Positions 25,565-32,000 of a stretch of DNA of 32,000 nt are shown piece after piece (the stretch's first letter is position 1; each line of letters begins with the position of its first letter). The position numbers and the translations under genes are program-made. Origin of the DNA: Muricoprocola aceti (GTDB lineage Bacteria > Bacillota > Clostridia > Lachnospirales > Lachnospiraceae); assembly GCF_025567005.1 (NCBI RefSeq), contig NZ_JAOQKE010000006.1:174-32173 (forward strand). The letters run 5' to 3'. A model generated the notes under the pieces. That model was not told the DNA's origin and made no database searches. It saw only the letters and a program-made list of their open reading frames with translations.

Positions 25565-26911
25565 CTATTCTACTACCAGCCCCTGTCTTGTCATCACATC
25601 AATTACCTGATTTACATACTTTTCACAAAGCGCTTCTTCGGATGCTTCCACCATAACACGAATCACAGGTTCTGTTCCACTTTCTCTTACCAGAATGCGG
25701 CCGTCTTCACCAAGTTCCTGCTCTACTTTCTGAATTGCTTCTACCACTGCCGGATTCTCACGGGCTTCCTGTTTGTCAGCAACCCGTACATTTTTCAGAA
25801 GCTGTGGATAGATTCTTACATCAGCAGTCAGCGCTGCCAGACTCATCTTCTTCTCTGTCAGTACTTCCATGATCATCAGTGAAGTCAGAATACCATCCCC
25901 AGTTGTCGCATGTTTGCTGAAGATAATATGTCCTGACTGCTCACCACCGAGGCAGTGACCATTTTTCATCATATTCTCATATACATATTTATCTCCAACC
26001 GCAGTCTTTTCATACTCAATTCCGGCACGGTCAAACGCTTTATATAATCCCAAATTAGACATTACGGTTGTCACCACCGTATCATTTTTCAGACGACCAT
26101 TTTCTTTTAAATACTTTCCACATACATAAAGAATCAGATCTCCGTTTACCACTTCTCCATTCTCATCTACAGCGATGCAGCGGTCTGCATCTCCATCATA
26201 GGCAAATCCCACATCCAGTTTTTTTTCTCTTACCAGATTCTGAAGTACCTCAATATGAGTGGATCCGCAGTTCGTATTAATATTCGTTCCATCTGGATCA
26301 TTATTGATCACATAAGTCTTCGCTCCCAGTGCATCAAATACACTCTTTGCAATAGAAGATGCACTTCCGTTAGCACAGTCCAGACCAATACGGTACCGCT
26401 TAAAGGATCGGGTAGCCAGGGAGATCAGATAACCGATATAACGGTTTCTTCCTGCTACATAGTCTATGGTACGTCCCACATTTTCTCTGGTAGCCAGCGG
26501 AAGTTCCTCAGTTTCTCCATCGATGTACTTTTCGATAAGTTCTTCCACACTTGCTTCCATCTTGTGGCCATGTCCGTTGATAATTTTTATTCCATTATCA
26601 TAAAATGGATTGTGACTCGCTGAAATCATAATACCACAGTCAAAATCTTCTGTACGAACCACATACGATACACTCGGTGTTGTCGTTACGTGGAGCAGGT
26701 AAGCATCTGCACCGGATGCTGTCAGTCCAGCTACCAGTGAATATTCAAACATATAACTGCTTCTTCTGGTATCTTTCCCAATCACAATATTTGCTTTATG
26801 ATTTCTTCCAAAATACCAGCCCAGAAATCTTCCTACTTTAAATGCATGTTCTACCGTAAGATTTACATTTGCTTCCCCACGGAAACCATCTGTTCCAAAA
26901 TATTTTCCCAT
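25565..26911 (-). CDS. glmM: phosphoglucosamine mutase
   Basis: 448-aa ORF starting MGKYFGTDGFRG, with the active-site serine loop ISASHNPFYDNGIK and metal loop FAYDGDADR. Confidence 0.96.
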   Translation of the reverse strand: MGKYFGTDGFRGEANVNLTVEHAFKVGRFLGWYFGRNHKANIVIGKDTRRSSYMFEYSLVAGLTASGADAYLLHVTTTPSVSYVVRTEDFDCGIMISASHNPFYDNGIKIINGHGHKMEASVEELIEKYIDGETEELPLATRENVGRTIDYVAGRNRYIGYLISLATRSFKRYRIGLDCANGSASSIAKSVFDALGAKTYVINNDPDGTNINTNCGSTHIEVLQNLVREKKLDVGFAYDGDADRCIAVDENGEVVNGDLILYVCGKYLKENGRLKNDTVVTTVMSNLGLYKAFDRAGIEYEKTAVGDKYVYENMMKNGHCLGGEQSGHIIFSKHATTGDGILTSLMIMEVLTEKKMSLAALTADVRIYPQLLKNVRVADKQEARENPAVVEAIQKVEQELGEDGRILVRESGTEPVIRVMVEASEEALCEKYVNQVIDVMTRQGLVVE

Positions 26912-26945
26912 ACTGTCCGCTCCTTAGCTTTGCGTTTCACGCTAT

Positions 26946-28019
26946 TTATTCTTCATTCAGATTGGCCAGCTTTGCTGCCTGATCCGCAGCAATCAGACTG
27001 TCAATCAGCTCATCAATATCACCATTCATAATAGAATCCAGCTTATACAGTGTCAGCTTGATTCTGTGATCTGTCACACGTCCCTGCGGGAAGTTGTAAG
27101 TACGAATCTTCTCAGAACGATCTCCTGTACCGATCTGGCTTCTTCTCAGTTCTGCTTCTGCATCGTGTGCCTTCTGCTGCTCAATATCATACAGCTTTGC
27201 ACGTAACAGTGCAAATGCTTTTGCCTTATTTTGCAGCTGAGACTTCTCTGTCTGACTGTATACCACAATACCGGTCGGGTAATGGGTCAGTCGTACAGCC
27301 GAGTCAGTCGTATTGACACACTGTCCACCATTTCCTGATGCACGCATAACATCAATACGAATATCTTTTTCGTCAATCACTACATCTACCTCTTCTACTT
27401 CCGGCATAACCGCAACCGTAATCGTAGAAGTGTGAATTCTTCCGCCTGACTCTGTCTCAGGGACACGCTGTACACGATGTACACCACTTTCATACTTCAG
27501 TTTGGAATAGGCACCCTTTCCGGTAATCATGAAGTTTACTTCCTTCATTCCGCCAATTCCGATCTCATCGCAGTTCATCAGTTCCACTTTCCAACGATTC
27601 TTCTCTGCGTATTTTACATAAAGACGATACATCTCTGCTGCAAAAAGCGCTGCTTCATCTCCACCTGCACCGGCACGAATCTCTACGATAACGTTCTTAT
27701 CATCATTAGGATCCTTTGGCAGAAGCAGAATCTTCAGTTCTCTTTCCAGTTCTTCAATACGCTTCTTTGCATCAGACAGTTCTTCTTTTAACATTTCACG
27801 CATTTCTTCATCTGATTCTTCTTCCAGCATGGCTACAGAATCTTCTACTGTCTGTTTGCAGTCTTTATATTCTTTATAAGCATCCACAATTGGCTGCAGA
27901 TCGCTTTGTTCTTTCATCAGTTTCTGAAAACGAGCCTGATTGTTGGCAACTGTTGGTTCGTTCAGTTCATTTAATACTTCTTCAAAACGGATCAGCAGAT
28001 CCTCCAGTTTATCAAACAT
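26946..28019 (-). CDS. prfA: peptide chain release factor 1
   Basis: 357-aa ORF with the P-x-T tripeptide (VPETES), GGQ motif ([11 protein letters not shown]) and HRIKLTLY. Confidence 0.96.
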   Translation of the reverse strand: MFDKLEDLLIRFEEVLNELNEPTVANNQARFQKLMKEQSDLQPIVDAYKEYKDCKQTVEDSVAMLEEESDEEMREMLKEELSDAKKRIEELERELKILLLPKDPNDDKNVIVEIRAGAGGDEAALFAAEMYRLYVKYAEKNRWKVELMNCDEIGIGGMKEVNFMITGKGAYSKLKYESGVHRVQRVPETESGGRIHTSTITVAVMPEVEEVDVVIDEKDIRIDVMRASGNGGQCVNTTDSAVRLTHYPTGIVVYSQTEKSQLQNKAKAFALLRAKLYDIEQQKAHDAEAELRRSQIGTGDRSEKIRTYNFPQGRVTDHRIKLTLYKLDSIMNGDIDELIDSLIAADQAAKLANLNEE

Positions 28020-28036
28020 AGTTCCTCCTTTATCTG

Positions 28037-28873
28037 TCAGGGCCGATATTGTCCCAGTACGATCCGGTCCAGTCCGGCCAGATCCTTTTTCACAGTCACT
28101 TCCCGGTATCCGCTCTGAATCATCAGTGTACTCACTGCCTCTCCCTGCAGATATCCAATCTCAAATAACAGCCATCCCTCTGGCTCCAGATAATGCAATG
28201 CCTCTTTTATGATCTTCCGGTAAAAAAAGAGTCCGTCTTCCTTTCCATCCAGTGCCAGCATCGGCTCATGATCCCGCACTTCCGGTTCCAGTCCTCTGAT
28301 CACTTCACTCTCAATGTAAGGTGGATTAGAAACAATACAATGATAGCGTCCTGCCACATTTTCCATAAGGTCGCCCTGTACAAACCTTACTTTTGCTTCC
28401 AGATGCATTGCATTTTTTTCAGCCATTTTCAGAGCCTCTTTGGAAATATCTGTTGCGCAGCAGACACACTGATCCCTCATCAGCTTCTGGATACTGATAA
28501 TAATACAGCCCGAGCCGGTACATACATCCAGCACATGGTCTCCCGGTTTCACCTTTTTCATTGCTTCCTCTACCAGGCATTCTGTATCCTGTCTGGGAAT
28601 CAGTACGTGTTCATTCACCTGAAACTCCAGTCCACAAAACTCCTGCTTTCCGGTTATCTGCTGTACCGGAATTCGCTGTGCTCTTTTTGCAATGGCACAT
28701 TCATAACTATGCCATGCTTCTTCAGGCATCTCTTCCATCTGTCGCAGAAAATAATGTGCCCGATCTGTTTTTCCATATTCTTCCATCAGAATCCAGGCAT
28801 CTGCACCTGCTTCTTTCACACCGCATTGCTGCAGCCTGGCTGTGCCCCTTTTATATGCTTCCTGCCAGGTCAT
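28037..28873 (-). CDS. prmC: release-factor glutamine N5-methyltransferase PrmC (HemK)
   Basis: 278-aa ORF with SAM motif VLDVCTGSG and catalytic motif NPPY (VSNPPYI). 4-nt ATGA overlap with the upstream DUF1385 gene. Confidence 0.93.
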   Translation of the reverse strand: MTWQEAYKRGTARLQQCGVKEAGADAWILMEEYGKTDRAHYFLRQMEEMPEEAWHSYECAIAKRAQRIPVQQITGKQEFCGLEFQVNEHVLIPRQDTECLVEEAMKKVKPGDHVLDVCTGSGCIIISIQKLMRDQCVCCATDISKEALKMAEKNAMHLEAKVRFVQGDLMENVAGRYHCIVSNPPYIESEVIRGLEPEVRDHEPMLALDGKEDGLFFYRKIIKEALHYLEPEGWLLFEIGYLQGEAVSTLMIQSGYREVTVKKDLAGLDRIVLGQYRP

Positions 28874-29928
28874 GCAGTGACCTCTTCTGTCTTCTTCAGC
28901 TGGGCAGCAGATTTTTTTTCTGTTCCCGGCACAATCGTCTCTCCAACTACATACTCTTTCTCTGTCAGTTCGTAGTTTGCTCCAAAGTTCTCATTCAGGA
29001 ACTTCTTCCAGTCAAATACCGCTTCCACAGAAGCAATCGCTACTTCCACCATATCCGGACCAGGCTCTCTTGTTGTCATATGCTGCAGTGCCATTCCTGG
29101 TTTACTGAGCAATGCTACAAGCCTGTTATCACTTGTTCCTGCCAGGCGGATAAACTCATAGGAAATACCTGCCACAACCGGAAGCAAAAGAATCCGAATC
29201 ACGAATCCCAGTGTTTTGGAATCTACGCGAATAAACATATGGAGAATAATACTGACTACCATAACAATCAGCAGGAAACTGGTTCCACAACGCTTATGCT
29301 CTCTGGAGCTTTTCATGACGTTTTCCACATTCAGCTCCATTCCATGTTCAATACAGTTGATACACTTATGTTCAGCGCCATGATACATAAACACTCTCTG
29401 AATATCTTTCATTCTGGAGATCAGAGTTATATATCCCATAAATATAGCGATCTTCAGCACACCTTCACAGGCTGCAATCAATGACTGGGAATCTGTCACT
29501 TTTCTCAGTAAAAGTGACAGCAGATATGGCAGAATCATAAATACTGCAACCGCCAGCACCATGGAAAAAGCAACCGTTACTCCCATCAACAGATCCATTC
29601 CTTTTTTCGTTCCAAGGAAATCATCGATCTTCTTTTCCAGCTTTGATGGTTCCTTTTCCGGTTCTTCCTCTTCTTCATCGTCAAAAAATCCGGCCGAATA
29701 CGTGAGTGTCTTCATACCAAGTACCAGAGAATCCACAAAATTAAACACACCTCTGACAAATGGCAGCCCCAAAAACTTCTTTCCTTTTACAAATCCTGGA
29801 GACTCAGCAGTCTTTACAATAATTTCTTTATCTGGCTTTCGAACAGCTACCGCATAGCGGTCTCCATTCTTCATCATAACGCCTTCCATGACTGCCTGGC
29901 CGCCAATGCCTGAACCCTTCACGCCCAT
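28870..29928 (-). CDS. DUF1385 family membrane protein (YqhQ-like), function unknown
   Basis: 352-aa ORF starting GGQAVMEGVMM, with an acidic loop DDEEEEEPEKE, several TM segments and the conserved motif YHGAEHKCINC. Strong SD AGGAGGAAAAC. Confidence 0.8.
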   Translation of the reverse strand: MGVKGSGIGGQAVMEGVMMKNGDRYAVAVRKPDKEIIVKTAESPGFVKGKKFLGLPFVRGVFNFVDSLVLGMKTLTYSAGFFDDEEEEEPEKEPSKLEKKIDDFLGTKKGMDLLMGVTVAFSMVLAVAVFMILPYLLSLLLRKVTDSQSLIAACEGVLKIAIFMGYITLISRMKDIQRVFMYHGAEHKCINCIEHGMELNVENVMKSSREHKRCGTSFLLIVMVVSIILHMFIRVDSKTLGFVIRILLLPVVAGISYEFIRLAGTSDNRLVALLSKPGMALQHMTTREPGPDMVEVAIASVEAVFDWKKFLNENFGANYELTEKEYVVGETIVPGTEKKSAAQLKKTEEVTA

Positions 29929-29941
29929 GTTTTCCTCCTAG

Positions 29942-29973
29942 CAAAAAGGTTGAGATTTTCCAACCTCAACCTT
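29942..29973 (-). terminator. intrinsic terminator (probably partial) after rpmE
   Basis: Minus strand reads AAGGTTGAG-GTTGGAAAAT-CTCAACCTT, followed by TTTGC. The stem is 9 bp, and the run of five T is partly inside the stem. It sits 15 nt after the rpmE stop and directly upstream of the DUF1385 SD. Confidence 0.7.
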
Positions 29974-29988
29974 ACCTTACGCTTCTTA

Positions 29989-30189
29989 TTATTTAATACC
30001 GTATTTCTTATTGAACTTATCAATACGTCCACGTGCAGCAGCGGATTTCTGCTGACCTGTATAGAATGAGTGGCATTTGGAGCAGATTTCTACGTGGATA
30101 TCTTTCTTTGTAGATCCTGTCACGAATGTATTGCCACAGTTGCAAGTTACTGTTGCCTGATAATACTCAGGATGGATTCCTTCTCTCAT
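29989..30189 (-). CDS. rpmE: 50S ribosomal protein L31 (zinc-binding type)
   Basis: [19 protein letters not shown]...[13 protein letters not shown]. The start is taken at ATG 30189 (SD AGAGGTGAAAG). The track ORF start at 30198 is a GTG lying inside that SD. Confidence 0.95.
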   Translation of the reverse strand: MREGIHPEYYQATVTCNCGNTFVTGSTKKDIHVEICSKCHSFYTGQQKSAAARGRIDKFNKKYGIK

Positions 30190-30343
30190 GTCTTTCACCT
30201 CTTATATTATATTCGTGAACTGCCTATGGGATACTCCCAATCCTTCCCGGCCAATGCTGCTCCTGATGTATCCACAGCAAGATATCCCGGGCTAACCCTG
30301 TAAGTCCCTACAGTTAAACTTATGGCATACTTATGCCAATAAC
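30190..30343 (-). promoter_or_regulatory. long structured rpmE 5' leader (candidate L31 ribosomal-protein leader)
   Basis: About 150 nt lie between the predicted TSS and the ATG. Hairpins that can be drawn: TGGCATA/TATGCCA (30323..30338), GGGATA/TATCCC (30283..30288 with 30228..30233), an enclosed TGCTG/CAGCA (30255..30259 with 30275..30279), and a weak TTCAC/GTGAA pairing (30194..30198 with 30215..30219) that overlaps the SD. Confidence 0.45.
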
Positions 30344-30349
30344 AACCGA

Positions 30350-30378
30350 ATTATAGCATACCGTTTTCATATTTGCAA
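30350..30378 (-). promoter_or_regulatory. rpmE promoter
   Basis: Minus strand reads TTGCAA (30378..30373), 17 nt, TGc-TATAAT (-10 at 30355..30350). It begins 8 nt after the rho stop codon, and there is no terminator between rho and rpmE. Confidence 0.7.
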
Positions 30379-30385
30379 TACTACT

Positions 30386-31792
30386 TTAAATAAATTTTTG
30401 TTTTTTTACTAATTGAACAAACTCTTTATTATCACGCGTCCGGACAAACATATTCAGAATATTCTCTACTGCTTCATCTGACTTCATTCCATTGAGAGCT
30501 TTACGCATAATATAAACTGCTTCCTGTTCTTCTTTATCCAGCAGCAGGTCTTCTCTGCGGGTACCGGATTTCGGGATGTCAATAGCCGGGAAGACTCTCT
30601 TTTCAGATAACTTACGATCCAGAACCAGTTCCATATTACCGGTTCCCTTAAATTCTTCGTATACTACATCATCCATTTTACTTCCTGTATCCACCAGTGC
30701 TGTGGCAAGAATTGTCAGACTGCCGCCTTCTCTCATATTTCGTGCTGCACCAAAAAATCTTTTCGGCATATGAAGTGCTGCAGGATCCAACCCACCTGAA
30801 AGGGTTCGGCCACTTGGCGGTACTACCAGGTTGTAAGCACGGGCCAGTCTGGTAATGCTGTCGAGAAGTATCACCACATCCTCCTGATGTTCCACCAGTC
30901 TCTTAGCACGCTCAATTACCATCTCCGAAACACGTTTATGATGTTCTGCCTGTTCATCAAACGTAGAATATACTACTTCAACATTTTTTCCTACAATCGC
31001 CTCTTTGATATCAGTTACTTCTTCTGGGCGTTCGTCAATCAGGAGTACAATCAGATGCAGATCCGGATTATGCTCCAGCAGAGACTGGGCAATGCTCTTC
31101 AACAAGGTTGTCTTACCAGCCTTTGGCGGAGATACGATCATTCCTCGCTGTCCTTTTCCAATCGGGGATATGAGATCTACAATTCGCATAGATACCTCTT
31201 TGCTTCCCCGTTCTACCCGAAGACGCTGATTGGGGAATATTGGTGTCATATCTTCGAAATTATATCTTTTTACTACTTCAGATGGTGCCATACCGTTGAT
31301 GCCTGTCAGATATAATAATGCACTGAATTTTTCCTGTGCTGTCTTGATACGGGTATTTCCCTCAATAATATCGCCGGTCTTTAAACTAAATTTTCGAATC
31401 TGGGATGGTGATACATAAACATCATTTTCTCCCGGAAGATAATGATTGCTTCTGATAAAACCATATCCATCTGGCATAACTTCCAGGATTCCGCTGACAC
31501 GAATTCCACTATCCAGCTGTGCCATATCAATGTATGGCTTGTCATCCTCTTTTTCTTTTTTTTCAGCCGTTCCTTCCTGATAAGTACTATTTTCTGCCAC
31601 TTTATCTGCCTGTTTCTCTGATGTCTCATCTTTCTGCACGGTTTTCTCTGTCTGAGCGGTTTTCTCATCTTCTTCCAGCATCAGATTCACAACCTCACTT
31701 TTACGCATTCCGCTGCTCACTTTTAAGCCTCTTGTTTTTGCAATACTTTTCAGTTGGGCAGCAGAAAGAGATTCATATTGTTCTCTTGTCAT
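30386..31792 (-). CDS. rho: transcription termination factor Rho (with charged N-terminal insertion)
   Basis: 468-aa ORF. Rho_N segment [31 protein letters not shown], a roughly 45-aa E/K/T/Q-rich insert, cold-shock-like RNA-binding domain [14 protein letters not shown]...[18 protein letters not shown], and Walker A SPPKAGKT. Confidence 0.96.
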   Translation of the reverse strand: MTREQYESLSAAQLKSIAKTRGLKVSSGMRKSEVVNLMLEEDEKTAQTEKTVQKDETSEKQADKVAENSTYQEGTAEKKEKEDDKPYIDMAQLDSGIRVSGILEVMPDGYGFIRSNHYLPGENDVYVSPSQIRKFSLKTGDIIEGNTRIKTAQEKFSALLYLTGINGMAPSEVVKRYNFEDMTPIFPNQRLRVERGSKEVSMRIVDLISPIGKGQRGMIVSPPKAGKTTLLKSIAQSLLEHNPDLHLIVLLIDERPEEVTDIKEAIVGKNVEVVYSTFDEQAEHHKRVSEMVIERAKRLVEHQEDVVILLDSITRLARAYNLVVPPSGRTLSGGLDPAALHMPKRFFGAARNMREGGSLTILATALVDTGSKMDDVVYEEFKGTGNMELVLDRKLSEKRVFPAIDIPKSGTRREDLLLDKEEQEAVYIMRKALNGMKSDEAVENILNMFVRTRDNKEFVQLVKKQKFI

Positions 31793-31922
31793 ATTATCGT
31801 CCTTTCTACTTTCCGTCTCAACTTATCTACGCTTTGTGTGATATTGTTCTGTAGTTCCTTACTTGTGTCTATCATGGGTTTCTGTCGAATCGACTTGAAA
31901 AATCAGATACATGAATAGCCAT

Positions 31923-31951
31923 AATATAACATAATTTTTTTCAAATTGCAA
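31923..31951 (-). promoter_or_regulatory. rho promoter
   Basis: Minus strand reads TTGCAA (31951..31946), 17 nt, TGt-TATATT (-10 at 31928..31923). This predicts a leader of about 125 nt before the rho ATG at 31792. Confidence 0.6.
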
Positions 31952-31962
31952 GACTCACTGTC

Positions 31963-32000
31963 TCAGGACAAGATTCCTCCCAGCATTCCACCACCAAGAC
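31963..32000 (-). CDS. possible 3' end of an unidentified upstream gene (partial)
   Basis: One minus-strand frame reads ...LGGGMLGGILS then TGA (31965..31963). It is too short to identify, and another frame is also open to a nearby stop. Confidence 0.2.
   Translation of the reverse strand, partial: LGGGMLGGILS

Noticed and set aside
28193-29484. Two overlapping plus-strand ORFs of 260 and 307 aa.
   Set aside because: They are antisense to prmC and the DUF1385 gene, which have clear motifs (NPPY, HGAEH). The antisense products are low-complexity, carry no start signals, and overlap each other in different frames.
1-32000. Window-wide look for CRISPR arrays, IS/transposase or integrase genes, prophage remnants, toxin-antitoxin pairs, restriction-modification or other defence islands, and long inverted or direct repeats.
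   Set aside because: None found. The only repeats are short coding tandem duplications (9414..9554, 16359..16448) and hairpins. All large ORFs have housekeeping or conserved-unknown identities, and nothing suggests a recently acquired island. Base composition could not be computed here.

Overview
Housekeeping chromosomal window from a Gram-positive Firmicute, probably a spore-forming member of Clostridia. That placement is inferred from gene content and operon order, not from any database search. I call 31 complete protein genes (29 on the minus strand, 2 on the plus strand), one possible gene tail at the right edge, and two CCA-less tRNA-Ser genes. I found no rRNA, CRISPR array, transposase, integrase or recognisable defence gene. 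Minus strand, right to left: rho; rpmE behind a long structured leader; DUF1385-prmC-prfA-glmM; a DUF2156 protein, a class-I aminotransferase, hisC, a SAM methyltransferase, hslO and nadE; an orphan GerA/SpoVAF-family gene plus a tiny Asn-rich lipoprotein; a eukaryote-type hisA; secA-prfB. prfB carries the classical CTT TGA C +1 frameshift and is split into two ORFs in the track. It runs straight into an SPFH / double-zinc-ribbon / TPM trio (YdjI/YdjG/YdjH-like). Then come a PheB-like ACT protein, tex, a Nudix hydrolase, tsaE-tsaB-rimI, a 68-aa zinc-ribbon protein, rnz, tsaD, tRNA-Ser(UGA) and tRNA-Ser(GGA). Plus strand: hpf and a 143-aa membrane-anchored protein. Genes are tightly packed, with many 1-23 nt overlaps. 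The recognisable promoters share a TTGnnn-17 nt-TGn-TAnnnT (extended -10) architecture. I do not see a clear-cut novel system. The best follow-up candidates are (1) the PspA-less SPFH/Zn-ribbon/TPM module fused to secA-prfB, including its unusual Met/Gln-rich tail with duplicated zinc ribbons; (2) the orphan GerA-family gene with an SD-sequestering hairpin and a disordered mini-lipoprotein; (3) the small zinc-ribbon gene interrupting the t6A operon; (4) the conserved unknowns DUF1385 and DUF2156 and the rpmE leader. All protein calls rest on motif recognition by eye. No HMM or BLAST search was possible.
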